From: Squalus acanthias
Lineage: Eukaryota
Reading direction: 5' to 3'
NCBI GenBank assembly: GCA_030390025.1
Contig: CM059432.1
Location: forward strand, 141,858,001 to 141,922,000
DNA: 64,000 nt
Position numbers and translations under genes: made by a program
In this document: piece after piece, positions 51,486-63,504 of the stretch
Position numbering within the stretch: the first letter of the stretch is position 1
How the letters are laid out: every line of letters starts with the position of its first letter
Notes under the pieces: generated by a model
Databases searched by the model: none
What the model was told of the DNA's origin: nothing
Seen by the model: the letters and a program-made list of their open reading frames with translations, nothing else

Positions 51486-52019
51486 CATCAATGTTTCTGT
51501 CAGCACCACATCACAGCATCTCCATTTATATCTGCATCTGGAGCATTGGCTCATCAAAGCTCCATGCATGAGGTTTGCCAATTCAATACAGTCCAAGCAG
51601 TTGAGACTCATAGACAATTATGGGAAGTCACACTAACAACCAAAGTGAGGGCTAATTCTTAGGGGCATTATTCCAGACATCCCAGCAATAGGTTTTTCTG
51701 CCATCATTCCTGTTTTCAGTACTCAAGAATCTGATACTTTCTGGTAGAATTAAAGACTTGCATTTCTATAGCACCTTTCGCGACCTCAGGACATCTCAAA
51801 GCTCTTTACAGCCAATGAAGTACTTTTGAAGTGTAGTCACTGTTGTAAATGTATGAAATGAGGCAGCCAATTTTCACACAGCAAGCTCCCACAAACAGCA
51901 ATGTGATAATCTGTTTTAGTGATGTTAGGTAGATAGGTCCAGGAAAGCAAAGAGGGTATAAAAATATATTTCTAAATTATGTTATTAAAACCATGGTCTT
52001 CTGATTAAAATATGGTGCC

Positions 52020-52449
52020 ATTTCTTCAAAGCAACACGATTACAGTTGCACAAGAGACATTTGCAAAGACTGATTTGGTGCTGTGAGAGGGGTGAAAGCC
52101 TGATTGGACAGTTTCAAGCAGAGATTCTATTGAGATGGGGGGGCTGGGAGACAACGGTGCAGTCAAAGACCTTGGAGAGGAAAGGAAAGTTGGATGTGGG
52201 GCAATAATTAGAGAGGACAGATGGGTCAGAGTAGGTTTTTTTAAGGAGGGGACGATGATGGTGATTTTGGAGGGGGGTGAAGCATGAGGAAAGGAAACGA
52301 CTGATGATGTCAGCTAGCAGGAGGACTAGGAAAGGACGTTGAATGAGCAGGAGTTGAGTGGAAGGGGATCAAGAGAGAACATGATGGAGCTCAAGGTTGA
52401 AATGAGTTTGGAGAAAGCGAGGATGGAGAAACTGAAAGAAAAAGGCGAT
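52020..52449 (-). mobile_element. L2 RT-region fragment
   Basis: Similar to 24840-25145. Minus strand includes NYCPTSNFPFLSKVF, resembling the L2 NYRPISNLPFLSKVL motif. Confidence 0.55.
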
Positions 52450-53170
52450 GGCCTGTAATTTCCGACAGGAGGCTTCCTGCGTGCGGAGGCCTCCTATTGG
52501 AAAAAAATCTACGCTCTTACCTGAGGGCTCCCGAGGTACGAACACTTCCACTCCTGGTCCTCTCCACAGTCGAAATGCGCAGGGCCCATGTATCCAAGGG
52601 GCGCAGGCGGTTCGCAAGCGTCCCTGGGATCACATGGGCCAGGTGAGCCAATGGGAGAAGGGAATCTCCCTTCATACTTTTGACAGATAGACCTGTCAAA
52701 TATATGAATGGAGATCACCCCAAAAACACATCAAAACATTAAATACATTTTTTTTTTAAATCACGTTTTTAAAATGAGTTAAAATTACATTAAATTAAAT
52801 ATTTTAAACAAAAATATAATTTTTTGAAAAAAATAATTAAAGTTTTTTTTACAGGGCTAAAAATAAACTTACCTTTTTTAAACGTATTTTAAAATTATAA
52901 ATGAGTAAAAAAATATATATTTTTTACTTTTTTTAAACTCTTATGCTGGTAAAAGCAGGCCTGCTTTTACCAGGCGTAAGATTTTTAAGTGTTTTCAGCG
53001 GGTGGAGGTTCTGCAGAAAGCGGAACTCTCCGCCCGTAGAGGCCCTTCTCCAGGGCAGGCGTCCGATCTGTCAAGAGGATTCGCTTCACATGCCTGAAAC
53101 TGGCATTTCTGATGTCCCTACAGGTGTGTACACAGCGCATACACACCCGTAGGCATCGGAAAATATCACC
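52450..53170. mobile_element. MITE-like non-autonomous DNA transposon related to 58056-58821
   Basis: Imperfect TIRs (GGCCTGTAATTTCCGA / TCGGAAAATATCACC), GC-rich arms and an AT-rich core. Shares the block ctgggatcac.tgggccag.t.agccaatg with 58056-58821 in opposite orientation. Confidence 0.55.
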
Positions 53171-53709
53171 CGTCCTACCCGAGTCGTCCCGTCCTACCTG
53201 AGTCGTCCCGTCCCATCCTACCCGAGTCCATATGTAGGAATGGAGTGCGCAGGAGAGGTTCAGGGCAGGGAGCAAGGAGGAGAAGAAGCGGCTTTGTAGA
53301 TAGTCTTGACACATACGAACACATGAAATTGACGGGCAGGTAAAGACCAGCTGGACCATCAAGCCTGCCCCACACCATGATGGTCGGACCATCATGACTA
53401 AACACTTCTCCCCTCCCCGCACCCCCACAGCCATGTAATCTCCTGGGAGAGGCAGAGAAACAGAGGAAAAACCCAGGGCCAATAAGGGGAAAAAATACTC
53501 TGGAAATCAGGCAATCGAAAGAGATCACATGGACCAAGTGTTATCTATGAAGACAATGACCGACATGATGCAATCTGTTCCTCAGTCAGGAACTGGTCCA
53601 GCTCCTTCTTGTAGGCAGAGAGTCAGCACCCACCACACCAGCTGGCAACAGAGGCTCACTACTCTCACGAAAAAGAAGAACTGCCCAACATCCAGTCTAT
53701 TCCTACTAA

Positions 53710-54085
53710 TCTTCTTCTTCTTCTTCTTAGGCAGTCCCTCGGAACCGAGGATGACTTGCTTCCACATTAAACATGAGTTCTCAGGTGACTGATGAGTCCA
53801 ATGCGAGACCTACAGTCTCTGTCACAGGTGGGGCAGACGGTGGTTGGAGGGGCGGGGGGGCGGGTGGGGTGCTTGGGTTGACATGCGCTCCTTCCGCTGC
53901 TTGCGCTTGGCTTCCGCTTGCTCCCGGTGAAGAGACTCCAGGTGTTCGGCGCCTTCCCGGATGCTTCTCCTCCACTTTGTGCGGTCTTGGGCCAGGGATT
54001 CCCAGGTGTCAGTGGGGATGTTACACTTTTTCAAGGAGGCTTTGAGGGTGTCCTTGAAGCGTTTCCTCTGCCCACCTAGGGCTCT
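53710..54085 (-). mobile_element. RTE-clade LINE 3' fragment
   Basis: GGQRKRFKDTLKASLKKCNIPTDTWESLAQDRTKWRRSIREGA and a (GAA)n tail. Confidence 0.85.
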
Positions 54086-55600
54086 CTTGCATAGTTTAAC
54101 ATTGATGTTTGATGTGAAGAAGTTTCCTGAGAACTCTAGTGCCATCCCATGGACTATTACAGTCTGCTGTACCTCCTGGTTCTCAGGACTGTGGATGTTT
54201 GCTGGGTTGAGTCTTTCTCCCCCCCCCGCCCCCCCCCCTCACCCCAACCAGCCCCCAGTTGACTGATATGAATAATCTGATCACCAAACATTGGGACTCT
54301 GATGCTTACAAAGTTGTATAATTGTCTGCTCATTCGCCCAACAGCTTCAGATTCTTTCTGGTCAAACAACCATATCTTTAGATCATCATGGAACTGCTTC
54401 CAGAAATCCATCTCTCAGCATTGGCTGACAAAAAAAAAACATTATAATCGTTTACATTTTCGTGTTGCAGTCTTAATTTCCATATTCTTCCCCCTAAGTC
54501 AGAGGCAAATGATAGGCCTGCCCTATTTGCTTGAAGTTACTCTACTTCCAAGTGATGGACACAACCTAGCTTGGTGCCTGGGTTACATGCCTGGCTGGAG
54601 CATCTATGCAAAGAATCTAGCTATAAAAATTGGACCAGATGAATGGAAAACCTTGAGAGATGAAAGAGTTCAGTGGCAGGAGGAAGGTGGAGCTCATCAG
54701 TGTGTGAATATTGAAAATCTAGAATATTGTTCAAGGCAAAATACAAATCACACAGCTTCCCCATGTAATTAGAAGTGATGGTCTCAATGTGTTTTTAGGA
54801 GAAACGGATTGGCAATATTTTAAAATATCAATCTATAGTGTAAAATGAATGTCCCCCCCCCCCCCCCCCCGGTATATCTGCAGAGCTGGAGTATCCCTGC
54901 GGAGTCAGGGTGTCTCGCTGGTATCTCTGATGGGCTGGGATATCTTCTTATATCTGTGGAGAGGAGGTGGGGTAGCCTTATTGATTAAAACATTAGTAAG
55001 GGAAGATATAGGTGAGGGAAAACAATCAGCAGAGACTCTATGGTTAGAACTGAGGAAAACAGAGGACTTGCAACTGTAATGGGAGTTGTCTACAGGCCTC
55101 CTGATAGCAGCAATGAAGTGGCAGAATGTATTAATTCAAAGATTAGAGAGGCTTGTAGCAAAAGCAAAGTTGTTTTAATGGGAGATGCTAATTTTCATAT
55201 CGATTGTAAAGAGCAGAGTAGCTCAAGTCAGAAAGGTAGGGAATTTCTTGAGTGCATTCAAGATAGTTTTCTGGAGCAGTATGTTCTAGAACCAACAAGA
55301 GGGCAGGCCATGCTAGATTTAGTAATGAGTAATGAGCCAGACTTAGTTAAGAATCTAACAGTAAGGGGACATTTAACTAACAGTGATCATAAGACGATTG
55401 AATTCAATGTTAGGTTTGAAAAGGAAAAACTTAACACACAGTTATTAAGATTCTAGATTTTGGTAAGGTTAACTTTAACGGGATGAGACAGAGACTGACG
55501 ACAGCAAACTGGTCAAAACTGGTATCGGGTAAAACTACAGGTGAACAGTGGGAGGTGTTCAAAAAAGAATTTAGCTCAATGCAGGACCAATATATACCCC

Positions 55601-55822
55601 TTGTGAATCTTTGGAATTCTCTACCCCAGAGAGCTGTGGGTGCTCAGTCATTGAGTATATTCAAGGCAGAGGTCGATAAATTTTGGGGAATTAAGGGATG
55701 TGGGGATAGTGTGGGAAGGTGGAGTTGAGGTCGAAGATCAGCCATGATCTTGTTGAATGGCGGAGCAGGCTCGAAGGGCCAAATGGCCGACTCCAGCTCC
55801 TATTTCTTATGTTCTTATGTTC
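55601..55822 (+). mobile_element. CR1 3' fragment nested in the older CR1
   Basis: VNLWNSLPQRAVGAQSLSIFK followed by the tail. Confidence 0.85.
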
Positions 55823-56974
55823 TAAGGGGGAAAGAGCTTTACTTACCAAATAAAACAGCCATGGTCGACAAAAGAGGTGAGAGATAAAAATAAAACTAAA
55901 GGAAAGAGCATATAAAAGTGCAAAGATTAGTGTAAATCCAGGGGACTGGGAGAGATGTAAAGAACAGCAAAGGAAGACAAAAAAAGATAGTAAAAGCTGT
56001 AACAAGGGAATATGAAAAAAATCTTGCGAGGAGTTAAGGTTAACAGAAAACATTTTTACAATTATATTAGAAGAAAAAGGGTAGTCAAGGGTAATGTGAT
56101 CCCTTTAAAAACAGCTGGGGGTAATATTGCAAATGAAAATAAGGAAATGGCAGACTTGCTGAATAATTACTTTTTGTCAGTCTTGACAGTCGAGGAAGAG
56201 GATAATATATCTGACATTCCAGGGAAACTAATAATGAATCAAGGACTGGAATTCACTATAGTTAATGTAAGCCAGAAATAGTATTAGAAAAAAGAATGGC
56301 ATTAAAGACTGACAAATCCCCAGGACCTGGTGGTTTCCACCTCCGGGTTTTAAAGGAAGTAGGTGAAGAAATTGCAGATGCTTTCACCATAATCTTCCAA
56401 AACGTTCTCGATTCAGGAATTGTACCTTTAAATTGGAAAATTGCAAATTATTTAAGAAAGGCGAGAGAAAGAAACCAGGAAATGATAGACCTGTTAGTCT
56501 AACACCTGTTAGGGGAAGTTATTGGAATCTATAATTAAGGACAGAGTGGCTGATCACTTAGCGAAATTTGAGCTGATTAGCGAGAACCAATATGGATTTG
56601 TAAAGGGTAGCTCATGTCTGACGAACCTAACTGAATTTTTTGAGGAAGTAACTAAAGTAGCAGATAGGGGAATGTCTATGGATGTAATTTACATGGACTT
56701 CCAGAAGGCATTCGATAAGGTTCAACATAAGAGACTGTTAGCTAAATTAAAGCTCACGGAATTGAAGGCAAATTATTGACCTGGTTAGGCGATTGGTTAG
56801 GTGGTAGAAGACAGAGAGTAGGGATAATGGATATGTACTCGAATTGGAAGGAAGTGATTACTGGTGTCCCACAAGGAGCTGTGCTGGGGCCTCAACTATT
56901 CACTATATTTATTAATGACTTTGATAACACAATAGAGAGCCAAATATCCAAGTTTGTCAATGACACAAAGATTA

Positions 56975-58002
56975 TGTACATACAAACATATGAATTAGGA
57001 GCAGGAGTAGGCCACTCGGCCCTTCGAGCCTGCTCCGCCATTCAATAAGATCATGGCTGATCCGATTACTCCACATTCCTGCCTACCCCCGATAACCTTT
57101 CACCCCCTTGCTTACCAAGAATTTATCTATCTCTGCCTTAAAAATATTCAAAGACATCCTACCATGTGGTTACTGTTAGGGGGCCTGTACACCACTCCCA
57201 CAAGTGACTTCTTGCCTTTATTATTTCTCATTTCTACCCAAACCGCTTCTACATCCTGGTTTCCTGAACTTAGGTCATCCCTCTCTATTGTGCTAATACC
57301 ATCATTAATTAACTGAGCCACCCCTCCACCTTTTTCCACCTTCCTGTCCTTCCTAAATGTCATGTACCCTTCAGGTCCCAATCTATGTCATCCTGCAGCC
57401 ATGTTTCTGTAATGGCTATCAGATCATATTTATTTATTTCTATTTGCGCTATCAGTTCATCTGTTTTGTTTTGAATGCTACGTGCATTCAGATGCAGAGC
57501 CTTTAGTTTTGTCCTTTTATTATTTTTGTAACCTCTAGCCTTATCTGTTGATTTACTCTTAGATTTGTACTCTCTATCCCTTCCTGTCACGGTCTGTTTA
57601 TCATTTCCCATATTAATACCTTTCTCTATTGCCTTGTCTCTAATCTTTGAATTACCACATCTTCCCAAATTTGATCCCATGCCCCCAATATTTAGTTTAA
57701 AGCCCTCTCTACTGCCCTAGTTATACGACTCGCCAGAACACTGGTCCCAGCATGGTTCAGGTGAAGACCGTCCCAATGATACAGATCCCACTTTCCCCAG
57801 TACTGGTGCCAGTGCCCCAGGAATTGAAACCCATTTCTCCCACACTAGTCTTTGAGCCACGCATTCATCTCTCTAATTTTATTTACCCTGTGCCAATTTG
57901 CTCGTGGCTCAGGTAATAATGCAGACATTATTACCCTTGAGGTTCTGCTTTTTTAATTTAGCCCCTAGCTGCTCATACTCTCTCAGCAGAACCTCTTTCC
58001 TA
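56975..58002 (-). mobile_element. Antisense, internally deleted CR1 (ORF1 esterase end, APE start, 3' tail)
   Basis: RKEVLLREYEQLGAKLK and GHWHQYWGKWDLYHWDGLHLNHAG (ORF1 SGNH-like); LNARSIQNK..IAITETWL; FRKDR..GGGVA..VYRPPNS joined directly to the 3' UTR. Confidence 0.82.
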
Positions 58003-58055
58003 GTTTGGCAGTATAGTAAGCGATGTAAACGGGAGCATAAAATTACAAAGACATT

Positions 58056-58821
58056 GGCCCGAAAATTAGACCTAATGCGGGAGAGTACGCACTGTGTACT
58101 CTCGCGTATTAGGTCCCGAAGTGCCGGTTTCCTGCATGCACTGCGCATGCGCGGGAAACCGGCACTTCGTGTATGGCAAAGGGGGCGGTTCCTAAGTGAA
58201 CCGCGTGCGCGCTACAGGTTGCGTGCACGCAGCACACTTAGTTTTTTTTTCAGGTTTGAACGCGCAGGTAAGTGTTGAAGATTTTACACATAAAGAAAGC
58301 AGGCGTAAGACCCCCTTTTAACAAGATAAGTAGTTAATTAAGTATTATTTTAAATTTTTTTCAACAGGTTTATCTTTTTTAGAGACTTTAAAGAAAGGTA
58401 AGTTTATTTTTATAACTTTTAAAAAGAATTTAAATTTTTTCAAAAATTTTAATTTTTGTTTAAAGTGGTTAATTTATTTAACTATAGTTATTTTATTAAT
58501 GTGATGGCTTTTTTTTTAAATTTAATTGAGGTTTAGCTGTTCTTTTGGGGGCTTGTTGTATTCATAGTTTTGACAGCTCTTGCTGTCAAAACTATGAATG
58601 AAAGATGGTGTGCTGCCATTGGCTCTAACTGGCCCACGTGATCCCAGAGGTCGCATCGCACTAACTGCGCCTCTGGGACACGCACACACGGCGCGCCGGC
58701 ACCAGGGAGAGGCCCAGGAGCTGAAGTTCGTGTGGGCCAAAACCATAAAGGTAGGCGCGGAGTGCGATATCGCGGGGGATCCTTACCCCCGCGGAAACCA
58801 TCGAACTCCAATTTCTGGGCC
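58056..58821. mobile_element. MITE, PIF/Harbinger-like, with 3-bp TSD (ATT)
   Basis: TIRs GGCCCGAAAATTAGA / TCCAATTTCTGGGCC, with ATT on both sides. Removing it rejoins the CR1 RT sequence (...[21 protein letters not shown]). Confidence 0.8.
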
Positions 58822-59641
58822 ATTGATAGATTAAGTGAGTGGGCAAAACTGTGGCAGATGGATTTCAACGCAAATAAGTGAGGTCATCCATTTTGGACCA
58901 CAAAAGGGTAAATTGGAGTATTATTTAAATGGTGAAAAGCTAGCAACAGTGGAGGTCGAAAGAGATTTAGGGGTCCATGTACACGAATATGTAGTGATCA
59001 GATACAAAAAATAATCAAAAAGTCTAATGGAATGATAGCCTTTATAACTAGAGGGCTAGAATATAAAGGGGAGGAAGTTTTGCTACAGCTATACAAATCT
59101 CTGGTTAGACTGCATCTGGAGTACTGTGTACATTTCTTGGAACCGCACCTTAGAAAGGATATATTGGCCTTGGAAGGAGTTCAGTGCAGATTCACCAGAA
59201 TGCTACCAGGGCTCCAAGGATTAGATTATGAGGAGAGATTACATAAACTAGATTTGTATTCCCTGGAATATAGTAGGTTAAGGAGTGATTTGATTGAGGT
59301 TTTTAAGATTTTGAAAGGAATTGATAGGGTAGATAGAAACATTTCCCGCTGGTGGGGGAGTCTAGGACAAGGGGACATAACCTTAAAATCAGAGCCAGGC
59401 CATTCGGTGGAGAAGTTAGGAAACACTTTTTCATGCAAAGGGTGGTACAAGTGTGGAACTCTCCCATGAAAAGCTAGCTCAATTAATAATGTTAAATCTG
59501 AGATTGATAGATTTTTGCGAGCCAAGGGAATAATAGGATATGGAGCCAAGGCAGGTGGATGGAGTTAAGATACAGATCAGCCATGATCTTGTTGAATGAC
59601 GGAACAGGCTCGAGGGGCTGAATAGCCTACTCCTGTTCCTA

Positions 59642-60800
59642 TGGGATTGGGGTATCTTCCTGTTATATCTGGGATTGGGGTGTCTCCCTGTTGTATCTGG
59701 GATTGTGATGTCTCCCTGTTGTATCTGGGATTGGGGTGTCTCCTTGATGGATCTGGGATTTGGGTGTTTCCCTGTTGTATCTGGGATCGGGGTGTCTCCG
59801 TGTTGTATCTGGGATCGGGGTGTCTCCCTGTTGTATCTGGGATCGGGGTGTCTCCCTGTTGTATCTGGGATCGGGGTGTCTCCCTGTTGTATCTGGGATC
59901 GGGGTGTCTCCCTGTTGTATCTGGGATCGGGGTGTCTCCCTGTTGTATCTGGGATTGGGGTGTCTCCCTGTTGTATCTGGGATTGTGATGTCTCCCTGTT
60001 GTATCTGGGATCGGGGGGTCTCCCTGTTGTATCTGGGATCGGGGTGTCTCCGTGTTGTATCTGGGATCGGGGTGTCTCCCTGTTGTATCTGGGATTGGGG
60101 TGTCTCCCTGTTGTATCTGGGATTGGGGTGTCTCCTTGATGGATCTGGGATTTGGGTGTTTCCCTGTTGTATCTGGGATCGGGGTGTCTCTGTGTTGTAT
60201 CTGGGATCGGGGTGTCTCCCTGTTGTATCTGGGATTGGGGTGTCTCCCTGTTGTATCTGGGATTGTGATGTCTCCCTGTTGTATCTGGGATCGGGGGGTC
60301 TCCCTGTTGTATCTGGGATCGGGGTGTCTCCGTGTTGTATCTGGGATCGGGGTGTCTCCCTGTTGTATCTGGGATTGGGGTGTCTCCCTGTTGTATCTGG
60401 GATTGGGGTGTCTCCTTGATGGATCTGGGATTTGGGTGTTTCCCTGTTGTATCTGGGATCGGGGTGTCTCTGTGTTGTATCTGGGATCGGGGTGTCTCCC
60501 TGTTGTATCTGGGATTGGGGTGTCTCCCTGTTGTATCTGGGATTGTGATGTCTCCCTGTTGTATCTGGGATTGGGGGTCTCCCTGTTGTATCTGGGATTG
60601 GGGTGTCTCCCTGTTGTATCTGGGATTGGGGTGTCTCCCTGTTGTATCTGGGATTGGGGGTCTCCCTGTTGTATCTGGGATTGTGATGTCTCCCTGTTGT
60701 ATCTGGGATTGGGGGTCTCCCTGATATATCTGGGATTGGGGTGTCTCCCTGTTGTATCTTGGATTGGGGTGTCTCCATGTTATATCCATGGATTTGAGTT
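59642..60800. repeat. 28-bp minisatellite (TGTTGTATCTGGGATCGGGGTGTCTCCC)n, about 41 units, with a 280-bp higher-order repeat
   Basis: The variant unit ccttgatggatctgggatttgggtgtttccc recurs at ~59741, ~60133 and ~60413. Confidence 0.97.
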
Positions 60801-61164
60801 GAATCCTTATTAAACCTGTGGGATTGGATTATTTCCCTGTTATGTTCGTGCGGTTGGTTGCATGTGATCTGGGTAGGATATATTAGTAGACAGCAGTGCA
60901 GTCCTGAGTAGGTGTAATGCTTGAATGGACAGGAATGCCTGCCTATCTTTGAGATTTATTGGAAAACATGTTTTTGCAGGTTCTGATAAAAAATTTGCCT
61001 AAGAAACTCGGTCATTTGTGTATAGGAAGAATTTTGTTCTGTTTTCTTAATAACTCCTCCTTCAGGATTGACAAAATAAATAGAAGAGCAAACTGGCAGG
61101 AAAGAAATAGGAGATTGATAGAAAGCAGGCTGAGAACATAGCAGCGTCTGGAAGGAATAGGAAA

Positions 61165-61182
61165 ATGTGCTCACAAGCATTG
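61165..61182 (+). CDS. IL-17-family cytokine, coding exon 1 (MCSQAL)
   Basis: aaaATG followed by a phase-0 donor ttg|gtaagt. Joined to exon 2 it gives the signal peptide MCSQALIALTAFLATVNA. Confidence 0.75.
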
Positions 61183-61393
61183 GTAAGTATATTTCAATTA
61201 CCTTTCACTCTTGTCAGCTCATCTGATGAGAAGAAAGAAGGAAAGAAGAATTTCTATAGCACCTTTCACGATCTCAGGATGTGCCAAAGCGGCTCACAGC
61301 CAATGAAGTACTTTTTGAATTGTAGTCACTGTTCTAACGTAGGAAAAACATTATACAATATTAATATGCATAAAGTTGATCTCTCTTTTCCAG

Positions 61394-61638
61394 ATTGCGT
61401 TGACTGCTTTCCTTGCAACTGTTAATGCAAATGAATATGCCGAATTACCTTCAGATTGTAGAGATGAAATTCCACTTCAGATGCTAAAGAAAAGGATCAG
61501 AATTACATACCCTTCGAGTGTTTTAAAAGAGTTGGGGAGACACGACCAATACAGAAATTACAGATGTCCAGCATGGTCTCCTGAACTGCTGGCAAGTTCA
61601 CACATTAAGGACAGGTCAATCTCACCTTGGACATACAG
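61394..61638 (+). CDS. IL-17-family cytokine (IL-25/IL-17E or IL-17C clade), coding exon 2
   Basis: Acceptor ctctcttttccag; encodes ...YRCPAWSPELLASSHIKDRSISPWTY(R). The RSISPWxY motif is an IL-17 hallmark and is followed by a phase-2 donor ag|gtaag. The cystine-knot exon is not seen and probably lies beyond 64000. Confidence 0.9.
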
Positions 61639-61899
61639 GTAAGATGAAATCTGCTGGCTACACGGCAATCCGGTGTTGTAGTTTTTCCATGTGGTATTCC
61701 CATGCACCTCCCCAAAAGCTACTGTAACAACAAGTCCCCAGATCTTAACATAAACAGATAATATGTGTGCAGTGTATTAGACTAGACCAGAGGTCATGAA
61801 TTAATATCTGCGCATGACATGTTGTGAAATTGAATTCACAAAAATACGGTAATGTGTGGGCTGGCATCTGGTTCTGGCGCGTTAAGTTTCATCATCTGT

Positions 61900-62634
61900 C
61901 GATATGTGGTCAGCTTCCACAGGTACGCTGACGACACCCAGCTCTACTCTCCACCACCTCACTCGACCCCTCCACCGCCTATGTGTTGTCAGTCATCTAG
62001 TCTTGGAGGAGCCGCAATTTCCTCCAGTTAAACACTGTGAAGGTCAAAGCCATCAGTGGCAGACCCTGCCTCAGACTCCGTACCCTTGCCATTGATTCCG
62101 TTCCCCACCACTGAACCCTGAGCTGAGCTTCCGACCTCATATCCTCGCCATCACACAGACCACCTACTTCCACCTCCATAATAGCACGTGTCTCCGTCTC
62201 TGCCTCTGCCCTTTTGCTGCTGAAACACTCACCCATGCCTTTGTCACCTCCATTCGCAAATATGTCCTGGCCGGCTTCCCATCCACCACCCTCCGTAAAA
62301 TTCAGCTTCTTCAAAACTCTGCTGCCTGTATCCTATCCTGCACCAAATCCCACTCATCCATCACCCCTGCCCTTGCTGACATACATCAGCTCCCAGACAA
62401 CCAAGACCTCAAAATTTTAAATTCGCTTCCTCATGTTTAAATCCCTTCATTGCCTCTCCTCTCCCTAATTCTGTAACCTCCGCCAGCCCTAAATCACCCT
62501 TTGAAATCTCGGACTCTGACCTTGTGCCACCACCCACCCCCCCACACTTTGCCCTGCTATTGGCAACCTAGGCTTCATACTCTGGAATTCCCTTCCTAAA
62601 CCCATCTGCTTTTGCACCACCCCCTACTCCTTAA
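61900..62634 (+). mobile_element. L2 LINE fragment
   Basis: FHRYADDTQLY RT motif and L2 C-terminal remnants; an antisense L2 tail follows at 62635-62840. Confidence 0.78.
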
Positions 62635-63059
62635 ACAACAACTTGCATTTACATAGCGCCTTTAATGTAGTAAAACGTCCCAAGGTGCTTCACAGGAGCA
62701 ATTATCAGACAAAATTTGACACCGCACCACATAAGGAGATACTTGGACAGGCGACTAAACGCTTGGACAAAGAGGTAGGTTTTCTGGAGCATCATAAAGG
62801 AGGAGAGAGAGGTTGGGTTGGGGGGAATTCTAGAGCTTAAACCCACCTCTTTGATCAAGCTTTGGCTTTGAGTCATTTTTTTTTTCTGATGGCGCCTCTG
62901 TAACCCGCCTTCGGACTTTTTTTTGTATATTAGCACTCCAGCCATGAAGCCTCACACGATGGAAGCACGTATCAGAAATTTAGACATGGAAGTCAGCGTG
63001 GCCCATATGCAGCCTTAATGATTTCCAGTGCATTCAAATTAATAGACAGTGTGCTTTAA

Positions 63060-63500
63060 TTCATAAAATATAGGAACAGGAGTAGACCATTTAGCCCCTC
63101 GAGCCTGTTCTGCCATTCAATTAGCTCACGGCTGATCTATACCTCAACTCCATCTACCCGCTTGGTTCCATAACCCTTAATACCCTTACCTATCTGACAT
63201 CACCCCTAAATGGCCTAGCTCTAATTTTAAGTTTATGCCTCTTGTTCTGGTCTCCCCCACCAGAGGAGATAGTTTCTCTATATCGAATAAGTTCATCATT
63301 TAAAAACACCTCAATTAAATCACTTCTCCTAAACTCTAGCAATACAAACAGTTTATGCAACCTGTCCACATAATTTAACCCTTTAAGCCCTGGTATCATT
63401 CTGGTGAATCTGCACTGCACCCCCTCCAAGGCCAATATATCCTTCCTGAAGTTCGGTGCCCAGAACTGAATGCAGTACTACAGATGGGGTCTGACCAAAG
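63060..63500 (-). mobile_element. CR1 3' fragment
   Basis: ALEGVQCRFTRMIPGLKGLNY...KIRARPFRGDVR. Confidence 0.82.
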
Positions 63501-63504
63501 AAAA

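Larger units (their letters stand above)
54950..59640 (+). mobile_element. Old near-full-length CR1 ORF2 (APE plus RT) split by three nested insertions
   Basis: APE: RGGGVALLIK, GVVYRPP, LDLVMSNE, SDHKTIEF. RT: QYGFVKGSSCLTNL, DFQKAFDKV, GVPQGAVLGP. Continues at 58003-58055 and 58822-59640 to the tail. Confidence 0.88.

Noticed and set aside
59479..60813. ORFs of 436, 371 and 253 aa (TPIPDTTGRHPNPRYNRE repeats)
   Set aside because: They are translations of the 28-bp minisatellite.
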